Made by a program: the position numbers and the translations under genes. From Fimbriosthenelais zetlandica (lineage: Eukaryota): a stretch of DNA of 64,000 bases. The stretch is taken from the NCBI GenBank assembly GCA_977030845.1, contig OZ365112.1, forward strand, positions 20,460,001-20,524,000, written 5' to 3'. The notes below the pieces were generated by a model that was given only the letters and a program-made list of their open reading frames with translations, had not been told where the DNA came from and did no database searches. Below are positions 43,852-55,500 of this stretch, in pieces. Within the stretch, counting starts at the first letter, position 1. Each line of letters opens with the position of its first letter.

Positions 43852-44839
43852 CTTTTACCGCACAATCCACGCCAGCACACGACACTTTGCTGATCTTCAC
43901 AGCGAACACGGAGATAAAATAGTGATGAAAATCCGTCTAAACTTGCCAAACACGTTTGAGGCCAGCCTGCCTCCAAGTAAGATAAGCATGGTTTGCTTAG
44001 TAGGGATTCACCCCGTGGACGAGTCCACCTACACAGGTGAGAAGGGGTGGTTGCATGAGTGCTACTTTTATGAGGCATTTTTTTAAAAAGATATCTTTGC
44101 TACAGCAACATTGGATACATCCCCTACTCCCACCCTCACTCATCGGAAACCAAATAGATATTACTTTTGAAAATTTAATAAAGAATTGTTACTTTATTTC
44201 TTAAACACATGGCAATTGTTCCGGCCAGTCCCACCTATGGAAAAGAACAGCCCATTTCTTTGTTGTGGTATGCATACGCCATCTGGTTTGTGGAGGGGGT
44301 ATTAGAGTGACATTCAGGATAGACTATGTATATATTCGACTACACTAGTGAACCCTACCTGGAAATACACGAGTTATTTGCACAAAACTGGTAGATTCTA
44401 ATAATTATTCTGTTATAAGACTAACCCAGTGGTATTTCTCGACTCTTCAGCCAGCATAATTCTACCCAGATACATCAATGGCACTGATCTTCTACGTCAG
44501 GTATATAATTATAGGTGTCAGTAGCAAATAAATTGAGTATAAATCCGAGGTAATAAATAGATTCAGAACCAATTCAGGGAGGTCTCGACAAAGACAACGT
44601 AGGCCTAAATTAAATAAGCTTAAAAGTATATCCCAAAGTATAATATGTATGAAGACATTCAAACGCTTTTTTTAAGTCTAAAAACCTGTGTCATTTCTCT
44701 TTTTAGGGGGAGTGAGATACTTAATATGGGAATTCACCTCTACTAATAGTCAAAAAGAAAGAATACATATCTGTTTTTGTTTGGGTTCTGTAGTTTTTCT
44801 GTTTTCTTCGACTGATTATCGTGTGCCCGGTACTGATAT

Positions 44840-44960
44840 AATACCCGCGCTTTACAACCACAACGACGTAACCGGAAGCAGCTTTCTAGGACCGGGTGTA
44901 TCTCCACATGACCAGTGGCGAAACGACGCATTACGCGCGTTGGCCAAAGTTTCTTATTGG
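44840..44960. promoter_or_regulatory. CpG-dense patch between the divergent SPOCK-like and BTB-kelch genes
   Basis: Dense CpG cluster in an otherwise CpG-poor background, with an Ets-type ACCGGAAG at 44871-44878. Confidence 0.4.
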
Positions 44961-45459
44961 CCCGAAGTTTATGATGCATACTGTATGAAGAACTAACACC
45001 CCCTCCCCGCTTATTAATGTCACAATTCACCTTTGCCCCACAACCCCAGAAAATCCTGGATACAAATTGGTAAACTAGAAAAGAACATGATTCTCTGCTT
45101 GAAGACTTTTGCCCCAAAAATTGCATCTAGAATATCTGTAGGTCTTAAGCAATTAATGGCCCAGTCCAATTTTCTCCTGAGCTAGGTTACTCTATCTCCA
45201 AAATTCACCAGTAGAAACTTTCATCAAATCTGAAGGACCAAATAATTATTCTTAGCCATGTCTCTAACGCACTATTTCGGATACATGTACATCGCTTACT
45301 ATCTCTTACACTATAATATGATATACAACATTCTAAGTGAGAGCGTCTGGAGCTGGAGAGTCCTCCATTCCATGCCTCCACCTGGTGAGAGATCAACTCC
45401 AGGGTTGTGAGTACTGGATCCTCTCAACAGAGGCCGTGGAGGAAACAAATCAATAATAG

Positions 45460-45558
45460 AGCAGACACTTGCCCACCTCCCACATCAGCTTGGCGGTCCG
45501 CAGACACCGGCTGGTCGGAAAATCAGCTGTCTATCCTCATGTTTCCACATAAACTAAG
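45460..45558 (+). other. Candidate non-coding 5' exon of the BTB-kelch gene (start coordinate approximate)
   Basis: Perfect donor AAG|GTAAGT at 45558/45559 after a CpG-containing stretch. Splicing to the acceptor at 50325 puts an in-frame TAA five codons before ATG 50340, consistent with a 5' UTR. Confidence 0.4.
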
Positions 45559-47450
45559 GTAAGTTCTCTTCCTACCTTAACTAATTTACAAGCCAAGTAC
45601 CCTACAAGTAAGCTATACCCCTATCGCAAACTGTCATAAGCAAGGATTGATGAAAAGGGAGATTTTTCACCAGTTTCTCTCATACAGGGAGTTCCCACAT
45701 GTTTCAATGCAGAGAACCAGACTTGGAAAACTGCAGACTTCCCCATGGGTTTGGCTCTTTGCCAGTGTGAAACCCATATAGTGTTCAGAGCTGGCAGGTC
45801 TACATATACATGTACACCCATATATATGTCCCCATGATAGTCTGCATCTATGAGGAGGCTAGGGCTGTGTAATGGAGAGAGATTAGCATACTGGGGAGCA
45901 GGAGAGGGAGAAGCGGGAGGGCTTCCTGCCTGCTGAGGTCTCCTGCTTCTCTAGACATGATTTCCCGCCGGCGGGAACGTAGGCGTGCTGCTGAGGGAGG
46001 GGGAGATTGAAAAGGGAGATGGGAGAGACACACAGACAGAGACAGGGCTCCCTGGCGCCGTCACGTGATCCAGGGCCTTGCCTGGATACTGTGCTTCATC
46101 CAAGGGCCTTTCAGAAAGCCATAACAACAAGCCCTTGTTAGGGCCTTTAATACAGATTAAGGACCAAAGGTGCATGACCAGGTCCTTTAAACATGGCCTA
46201 ATGGAGTAGCAGAGGTAGGCTTCTATATGTGAGCTGTAATAGAAATGGCCCCTTTGATCCATTATAAGGAATGACCCACAGGGCTGGCTGGCAATTTAAT
46301 GTGAAACAGCAGTCATACCTAGAGATGCGGACTTATTGATTCAATGGGTGATGAATGTTCTGTATTTCAACCAGAACTTGGAAGCATCCTACGTCTCAGG
46401 GCAATACTGCAGTGTAGGAGAGCATGGAATTCAACCAGTGATGATAACCAAGTCTGGTATTCCATCTTGGGATAATCTGGAGGACCTCAGGAGCTATTTG
46501 TATGTTGCATACAACTGCTGGTTGTCCAATAGCTCAATTGTACCTCCAAGTCAGATCTGCTATAGATGGTAGAGGAATCTGTCATATCACATGGACTGTA
46601 TCATTCATCAAATATACGAGAGGCTGTGAGTTGGGGGTGGGGGTAACTGGTGCCTTATCTGAATGGCTGGTCTAGGTCACTAATTGGTAGGTGAATGATT
46701 TAGGACCGATTGCTCAGGGATGAATATGGGTGCGGCTGATAATTGGGACTGTCGTTAATTAGGGAAACATAATCTCCCTACTCTCTACTTTTATTGAACA
46801 CACAGACAACTATATAGACTATGTCTGGCGAATATCTAGGTTGATAGGCTAGAAAGTGAAATATATTTCATTGTTGAATTGACACAATATACTTGCTATG
46901 CATGCCAGGCTGGTATCCTGTTGGTGCATACAGAATTATCGGGAGACACAGCCACACATTACCTTTATATTGTCATGATGCACAGCATAAAATAGAACAT
47001 GCATATTCTGCTGCTATATGAAGACAAAGAGAACTGTCAGTCGTATGATGTATTATATGATATATCTGGTGTGGTATACGAGGTTGCATACATCCCACAC
47101 AAAGCAGTTAACCGTGTAACAGTAATGTTGGCCATCATATATGTGTAGATGTGCTAACCCCTCTTGCAGTAAATCTGGAAGGGATAGGGGAAAGGGGCAA
47201 GGGGCTAGGGCGTGAATAGCCTTTTGTCCATGACCTGCTTTTTTCGCATTGACGATAGATAGAGAAACAATGTCAGGTAGCTAGAACAATGCAAAATCTG
47301 CTTAGACAGCAACAGCATTCAGTCCACACCTCTCCCATATACACAGAGACAGACAGGCTGCTGGCCTGTATGACTGATCCTTATTATTTTGCAACAATTG
47401 TCGAGCATAGAAAGGCAGAGCTATTCACGATGTCACCGTACATCACCAGG

Positions 47451-47506
47451 TCTAACCAGCCATATAGTTTAGCCTTCTTCTAACCAGCCATATAGTTTAG
47501 CCTTCT
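47451..47506. repeat. Perfect 28-bp tandem duplication
   Basis: TCTAACCAGCCATATAGTTTAGCCTTCT occurs at 47451-47478 and again at 47479-47506. Confidence 0.95.
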
Positions 47507-50339
47507 CACCATATTTTATACACTTATTGTCTGTATATAGAATTCCAATCATTCATCAGTCATCAATTAAATGAACTATGATACATGCATGGGCTGTCAT
47601 CGTTAAGGAATGAGGCCAGCCTTTTAGCTTATACTTCCCTTTTACTTCCCAGCATATATATGAAACATACTAAATTTTATAAAGGCAGCAGCTCATGACT
47701 GCTGGTCGAGAAACTTAATTAAAGAGCAGTCTCCCTCCCTTCCACATACCGGTTCTGGGGCAGCCTATATGCAGCCCCTGCAGAGCTGTTAGCCCTTGAT
47801 TTATGGCCAGGCTTTACAATATCAGATGGCGACAGCTGTCACCGATTGATGAATTGCCTCCCAGTGTCATAAAAGCCAAGATGATTCAATTTCCGTGTGT
47901 GAAACAAGTCCAGATCGATAGGAGACTTCAGATTAACATAGCCCAAGGAAATGCGGAGAGTGGGAGTAGGAGGCAAGAGAAGTAGGGGATCGAGAGCACG
48001 GGGATAGCATTACTCGACTCGCCACCGATCAGGGTAGGCCTTTATTCAAAGTCAATTTACCATCGGCTGATCATGGGGATTTGAGACTAGTAAAAGACAC
48101 TACAATGATGTGATGCTAACTGTATAATCGTGAATAGAAACTTATGATTTAAGTACTTTACTTTCCCATAAAAACGTGATAAATATCCCAGTAAAGCTTC
48201 AGTTTTGTAAAAAGCCTTAGTGTATTTGGGACTAAGTGGAGACACTAGCCCGCGGCTGGCTATCCCACATGTTGTGGGGAGAGAAAGATGGGTGAAGCCA
48301 GAGAGGAAGCCACAGAGATATGATAAGCCAATGGCCCACTCCCCGACTGATTGCCACTCCCTCCAGGGAGTCTGGCTCCTGCGAGAGATCTGTCGGACAG
48401 TAGGCATTACACGACATTTACTACTACCTGACATAGAGTGATAACAAGAGTAACATGGTTTGTGAAGTTAGCAGGTGAGAGGGGGACCAATCAGGTGCCA
48501 TTCACTAATAATTCAGCTGGGAGAAAGGGATATTGATAGTGGTATCATTTTGTATCATGGCATAACCAATGTATGACTCCAATATAGACTTGTTACTCAA
48601 TGCTTACATACGGAATTCATATATATGCCATTGCATCTTTTTGCTATAGGACATGAGGCATTCCCATTATAGAAATTATCTTTCATGGTGCCTGCAAGTG
48701 TTATCTAAATGGGGCAATAGATCTTCCTCTCCCAGCATGTAATCTATAGAAGATCACTGAGTAATAATTCGATGTCCACAAAAAGAACGCAAAGCAATCT
48801 TTTTGCAAAATTGGATTTGATTGCGTGTTCATAGTGGCACGTTTCTGCAAGAGAAGGGTAGGTATTAACATTTCAGGGTTTAACCACAATGTTCAGTGTC
48901 AGGAATAAGCATATGGCTATCTTGGTCCGGCCAATCGCTGCAGAGATGGCACCCACACCAGGAGATAATAAGTCGAACTCCTGAGCTGATTATCTGGGGG
49001 ATTGGTTGGGGGCTGTCTCTCCGTCCTTACTTCAACCCTCCTGGCTCTGTGCATACACATATGAATCTGTGTGCCTCGGGTAAAATGGGTTTGAGGGTTC
49101 ACGAGGGGCATAAAATTGCTCCTGAAAACAGCTCTATATCTTGCCATAATATAGACCAGCTTCTGGGATCAACGTGTGAAGATGCACAAGGCCAGAAAAG
49201 CATCATTGATTAGGGTTGTCCCTGGATATCACACAGCAACGATGAATTTACAAGTGATCAAGATACTCATTTAATTTAGTAGACGATCTCGAATAATCTT
49301 GAAAATCATCAATTGTGATTCTCTACAGTTCTTGTGCAGGTATAGGCAGGTTGAAGCAGGCCTTCATTTGCTGCCCCTATACCCCTTGAAGTAGTGACCC
49401 TTACCAGGTGAATTATGGCCTTCCTGGCCAGGTTATGACCCAGAAATTGTAGCTACACCCTTCACCTGGCTCACTTGCCATGTCCTATATGATCTTTGGG
49501 CAGGTTTTTGCTACTGACATTTGGACTGAATTATGTTCCGTAAAATCGCAAGTAATAACCCTCGAGTCATGAACACATGCCAAGGGTATAGTAATAGTCG
49601 ATTTGCTACATCTATCTCAAGAAACAGGGGTGCAGATATCATACATTTTAGCAGCATTAGAGATGGCAAATAATATCTACAAAAATTGTCACATCAAGTT
49701 TGTGTTGTACCTTCTATGTTGGTTACCAACGTATCTGGGAAGTGTATGCATCTGCGGTGTACGTTTCGTAGCTACACTCTAATTAAGGTGGGTCCTCTTT
49801 GTTGAGTCTGACCATGTACCAAACTTGCATGTGGAATATATATATTTACCCTTGGGGACATCCATTTTCCACTACACTTTGAAGTTTTCCAGAAACTCGA
49901 TCTAAATGGGAATCCCATGTGACCAAACACTTCTGATACAACATTCCACTCACCCCTTCCTCTTCTCTCCTCACTTTGCTCTTGGGCCTGCCACATATAC
50001 ATGGGCATGGTGAGAGGTAGACAATTAGATTAATGTCACAAGTAATTATCACTAGTCCCGGGGCCCAAAGTCAGAGAAAACCCCAAAGCAGATATACAAG
50101 TCCCTATAATATAGGGAGGATAGTATATGTTGTTCCGCTTTATTTGCTTATTTACTTCGAATCTATGATATCTCCTGAATGTGTTTTGCTAAGGGTAATA
50201 TGTGTTTCTTTAAAAAAAACTGTTTCTCCTTTTCCACAGCTTGCCTATACAACTGTGCTCTCTCCTCCATTTCTCTTGGGAACGATACCACAACTGCTGT
50301 TAAACTTTTCCTATTTTTCTCCTAGATAACCTGGAAAAG

Positions 50340-52556
50340 ATGGCGGTGTACCCTAGGACAGAGACACTGAGCTTCCGGTGCAGTGCCACCAATGACACGC
50401 TCTCGGACGCTCTGGACGAGCAGCGTACTAGGGGTGAATTTTGTGATGTCCGCTTTGTCGTACATGGTGAAACTTTAGTCGCCCATCGTGCTGTCCTAAG
50501 TGCTCGAAGCCAATACTTCCATACCATGTTTACCAGCAACTTCCAAGAGATGGACCAGGGTGACATAGACATGACCCATGTATTTTCTACACCAGAACAA
50601 TTTCAGGAGATCCTTAACTACATGTACCGTGGTAGTATTACTATCTCAGGGGAAACATTCGAGGAGATCCTCAACGGGGCCTCCCACTTTCTCATGGAAA
50701 AACTCCGATTGACATGTGCACAGTACATGGTTACAAATTTAGGGCCCAATAATTGTCTTCGCATCTGGGCTATTGCTGATCGCTACAACTTGGACAATGT
50801 GACTGCAATATGTAAAGCAATGGCCAAAAGCAGGTTTCACGATTGCATGAGGTATAAGCAAGAGACTCTAGAGATGCCAGCTGAGTTTCTCAAGTTGACC
50901 ATTAAAGAAGGCATACTTGATCTCTTGCCAGTGGAGGAAAAACTAAGATTCTTAAGGAGGTGGTTAGACATTGATGTTAAAAGTCGAGAGACTGTATTCA
51001 AGGAGGTTCTTCAAGAGGTCATAAACAGGGACTGTGATTCAAACCAGAGGTTGTCACTTCTCTACAATAATCTTACTCAGAAATCCTATCTTAATGTTGT
51101 GAAAATGGTGGACTATACCCTGAGTGGGCTGCAGGTGAGGACCCCGCTGGTTTTCCCAATTGTTGGCCTTGTGGGAGTCCTGAAGGAGAAGCTGCCCCAG
51201 TCTGGGATGTACCTTAACAGAATGATTGCCTACATCCCTGGCCTCAGGCGGTGGGTGATTTTAGGAAGTTTTGAACACGATCACACCATCGTCTGTAAGC
51301 AGCTAGTGGGCTTTGTCCGCCATTGTGCTGTGTTTAAGGGAGGGGACAGTGAGCGAGTAGTGCTGGTGGATCTTTTGCGGGGTACTTGTGAAGAACTGCC
51401 AGATGTCCCTTGGGGCAGCATTGATCGCATCGGTCCATTGCCTCAGTTTTTCTGTTTCGATGAGACTGTTTTCTGTGTGGTTGACTGGGGTAACACCAGC
51501 AGCCTGAAGAAAACCTCATCTACCAACACTATAGGCAGCAGTAAAAGCAGCATCAATAACAATAACATCAAAGCAAACCATCCACACAACGACGAGGCAG
51601 CAAAAAATTCACCAAGCAGCACACAGGACCAAAAGTTCCTTGTCTATCGGCGTTTATTTAAACTTGATGTGAGCACACGCACCTGGTCTGAGGTCTGTGA
51701 CCTGCCTCTGAGTAACGGCAGTGCGCTTCATTTAATGAGGTACCAACAGAGGCAGCAGGCAGGCAAGGTGTTCATCTGGGCTGGTCAAAGAAAAGCAGCC
51801 ACCCAGGGCTCTACAGTCTCTCCTGGCTGGATGTGTCTGGTGAGGGAGGGCTATAGATACAATGTCATCCCTCTAGCTCCACCAGAGACTGACCCACTCA
51901 ATGGCCGCGCAGTGACACTTAGTGGAACTGGACATAAGATTGTTGTTAGCTCAATGTCCTCAGTATCATCACAACGCGTTTATGACATCCGAGAAGATCA
52001 CTGGACAACACAATCAAAAGAGAAATATGTGAAACCACCATGCGTAGAGACCCTGCCTTTGGAGAATTATTCAGTAACCACTGTTGAAATGCCAGGGCTT
52101 TCCTCCTACCTGGCGACAGACTATCTCTACAACATGGATATATCATGTCCATGTATCTCACGATTGATGGTTTACAACTTGACTGGACCTGAGAAGAAAT
52201 GGTCCGAGTTACCACCACCTCCCACTGAACGTGTCATCAAATACGTGGCCTGCCACCTGCCAGCAGTCGTCATGATGTCTGCCAAACCAGCCAACTACCT
52301 GGACGAGAATGTGGAGGAGGGGCAGGGGCCCCTGTATCACTATACACTAGAGGGCTGCGGGGCTTCAGATGGTCACTTCAGAAGCAGTGTTAACTTAGCT
52401 CACCATTTATCACCAGGAGGAGTGGACAGTGGTCACTCCTCCAGTGGGGACAGTAGCCCAAGGCATGATGATGTCCTCTCCAAGCTACACCCCACTGTCA
52501 CAAGACACGGTAGCATCAGTCCAAGTAATACAGGGTTTTCTTTCCATTTCTACTAA
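50340..52556 (+). CDS. BTB-BACK protein with degenerate kelch-like repeats (KLHL/KBTBD-like putative CUL3 substrate adaptor), uninterrupted 738-aa CDS
   Basis: BTB signature: FCDVRFVVHGETLVAHRAVLSARSQYFHTMFTSNFQE...LNYMYRGSITI...ASHFLMEKLRLTCAQYM. BACK-like segment: NNCLRIWAIADRYNL. Kelch-like strands: AYIPGLRRW, FKLDVSTRTWSEV, VYDIREDHWT, VYNLTGPEKKWSELPPP. The start context is AAGATGG, and a strong acceptor (TTTTCTCCTAG) ends at 50325. Confidence 0.9.
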   Translation: MAVYPRTETLSFRCSATNDTLSDALDEQRTRGEFCDVRFVVHGETLVAHRAVLSARSQYFHTMFTSNFQEMDQGDIDMTHVFSTPEQFQEILNYMYRGSITISGETFEEILNGASHFLMEKLRLTCAQYMVTNLGPNNCLRIWAIADRYNLDNVTAICKAMAKSRFHDCMRYKQETLEMPAEFLKLTIKEGILDLLPVEEKLRFLRRWLDIDVKSRETVFKEVLQEVINRDCDSNQRLSLLYNNLTQKSYLNVVKMVDYTLSGLQVRTPLVFPIVGLVGVLKEKLPQSGMYLNRMIAYIPGLRRWVILGSFEHDHTIVCKQLVGFVRHCAVFKGGDSERVVLVDLLRGTCEELPDVPWGSIDRIGPLPQFFCFDETVFCVVDWGNTSSLKKTSSTNTIGSSKSSINNNNIKANHPHNDEAAKNSPSSTQDQKFLVYRRLFKLDVSTRTWSEVCDLPLSNGSALHLMRYQQRQQAGKVFIWAGQRKAATQGSTVSPGWMCLVREGYRYNVIPLAPPETDPLNGRAVTLSGTGHKIVVSSMSSVSSQRVYDIREDHWTTQSKEKYVKPPCVETLPLENYSVTTVEMPGLSSYLATDYLYNMDISCPCISRLMVYNLTGPEKKWSELPPPPTERVIKYVACHLPAVVMMSAKPANYLDENVEEGQGPLYHYTLEGCGASDGHFRSSVNLAHHLSPGGVDSGHSSSGDSSPRHDDVLSKLHPTVTRHGSISPSNTGFSFHFY

Positions 52557-55500
52557 ATCAAATGACGCCTGTACGAGTACAAGGGCTAGGAGAATAGATG
52601 TACATATACTTAGTAATATCTAAATGAGAATTTCTATAATAGAATACATGAAAAAGATATAGTTAAATGACGATATTTTGTTATGAGCATCTGACTTTTC
52701 ATATTGAATTCTAGAAAAAAATCGAATGCTTCATAATGGCTATTGGTATATTAGATCTCAATGTAGGAGTGTGAGCAAGCGTTTATAAATCATAGTTCTC
52801 AGCAAGGACTGCCTTTTCCTATTCACATTAGATTAAACATAACTAAATCTCTCTCCAGCATCACGTATTATGTATTGTTTGGGAGTCTGTAAATGGTTAC
52901 ATGGACACTAGTATATAATTAATGGGTAATATGTGCTAACGGGATCTCGTGAACATTTTTAAGTATAGAAGGTTAATACGTTATTTTTACCGTATTACGG
53001 CATAGACAAAAGCATGATAGGCTGTGATTCTGATCCATGTTAAGATGCTTCTTGCCCCCCAAAACATACAACCATGTTACATAAACAGCCTATTCAATTT
53101 GTTAAGCTCATCCCTGCAAAACTACTTGAAATTGGAGTATTATCTACATAATTGCTGAACTATCGAGAAAATATTATGGGTGTGACTCCTGTTTAATTTC
53201 TTCATTTAAAGTTAAGAGTGAAATTCTGATAAATGTGTTATTATGGAGGTTGGTTTTATTGTGAAAAATATATTCTGTAATCGTAAATTTGTCACCTCTC
53301 TGAAGAGATGAGGTCATGGTATGCAAGTTAACTTATTGCGTTTACTTGTACGTCTATGGTGTAATATTAACCAAGTGAGTAGGGATCGGCAAAGAGTATA
53401 GAAATTACTAGGAATCCACGACTGAATGCTTTTGAGATTAAATCCGAAGAAGTTGTGCCAAACCTGTTCAGCAATATACTGGACAACAGAGGAGTAAAAT
53501 GTGTTGATTTGGGGAAAATAATTTGACTGGAAAAATGTGTAACAAATTCATGAAAATTATGTGAATGGAGAGGGACAATATTATGAGAAGATCTATGCAA
53601 AATGAGATTGGAAAGAAAAACAGATTTCGCGGGGTGATGGTGTATGTCTGATTTGTTGATCCCTTACCAATTCCCTAATCTTGGTCAATATACAACGTGT
53701 TACCATGAACCTTAAAACTGAATTATGTGTCACTGAATGTATACAATTACCTAGTGATTGACCTGTATAAGGATGTTAGGTAAACACAATGTGCATCCTA
53801 CGCAAAGTGCTGATTATCAGTCAATGATGGAGTGAACATTTATAGCGTGAACAATGACATTTTTATTGGTGCTCACACATGGCCACTCGTTATAGGTTTC
53901 CAGAAAGTATTTTTCATATATCATCTGTTGCTGTTATTGTCTCAAAGTTTGATTCTAATGTGGGCAATCTATAGGTGTAGCATAAGCATAGATAAATTGA
54001 AATTTGCAAGGAATATCATTTCAATCAAAATGAGAATATATACTCTTGAGGAAGAATCATGGATGAACGATCACTAACTCATGAGCATCAACCTGTGTGT
54101 CATAATTTCAATCATTGCACACAGGACATCTTGCCAATGTTCATCTCCAAACTTTCATCATCATTATGAAACACAATGTAAGAGCTGTGAATTGTTGGGT
54201 AAAATGTTCCGAGTACATTTTGAAAAGACATGAGTCAGGTCTGACATGTACTAAAATGACATGTATTATGATTATAATGAAAAATTATCTATGAATTATC
54301 TGAATTCAAAAAGCAGCATTCTCAATAGGCACAAGGGTATATATTATAATGTTCTATTTCAGTGACGCCTATGCATATATGGATGACTTTATTCATTCGA
54401 CACCCAAATTATTCTGACTGCTAAATTGTATAACATAGGGACATCCAGGGATTATTCTAGTTTGCTACCAACATTGAATAATATAGTTATTTGTCTATGA
54501 GACTACCAGGATCAATTTTGCCATTATCAATTCAGGACAGACGATATTGTTGTATGTTGCAAAGTTAATAAAATATTGAAATATAGCCATCATATTGTCA
54601 ATTTATATATGTACATCCTACAACCCGGTAGCAACAATATATCCCTACCATGACAATGAAACCACAATTAATTTTCTGAACAAAACAGGCAGAAATATGA
54701 CATCTCTCTTTAGAAATGAGCAGGTGTCAATATATTTTTAGAGCGAAACATATTTCGGGAGATAATTAGTTCAGGCAACATGAGGTCTTTTGCTGAACCA
54801 TATAGCATACTGTAGCACAAGGGTTTTATCGTAGAGTCTGTGTTGGCAGACTAAACAAGAACACAGCTCGCTTATGCCAACAGCTGTGGCAGAGAATTGC
54901 TGGCCCGGAAATGCTTATTTAATTTACACACTTTTTGTAGGGGCCATATATATGTGGGCGGGTGTATGTTGAAAAATATATATTTGCCTGGCTCCTGTGC
55001 TTCCAATATATTTCTATGCATCTGGGATCAACACTACATCAAGCATATGCATGTGTCATGTGACAGATGTAACAATGTATGCTATGAATAGTGCACAAAT
55101 TCTACTAAGCATTCAATAAAATGATGCTCAAACGTAGATATGTACAAGTAGTCTATCATCTTGCTGTTTCTGGTGAATTCTGGAGTTCATAGTTTTCACC
55201 TGAGACGCCTGAGAAACAGGGGAAACAGATGGTAAATGTTCAAAGCATATGGGAATCTGTATCTGCCACAAGGGCAAATGGAAAACTCTGATGCGGCAAT
55301 TACAAAATTGGCGTTTTAGGATAGGTAATTGCATTTATCCTGCACAATTTGAAAGATTGCCTTCCTAAATTGCAGTCTTCTACTTGACATGTAAGACACT
55401 TATATTCCAGCAGTCATGTAATGCTTTGTATTGATTTTTCCAGTGCTCTAAAATCACTGGCTGGTCATGCCTGCGCCTAATGATTCACCAGGCTCTACAC

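Noticed and set aside
43602-44086. Overlapping 100-126 aa ORFs on both strands
   Set aside because: By-products of the GC-rich SPOCK-like exon 1 and its 5' region.
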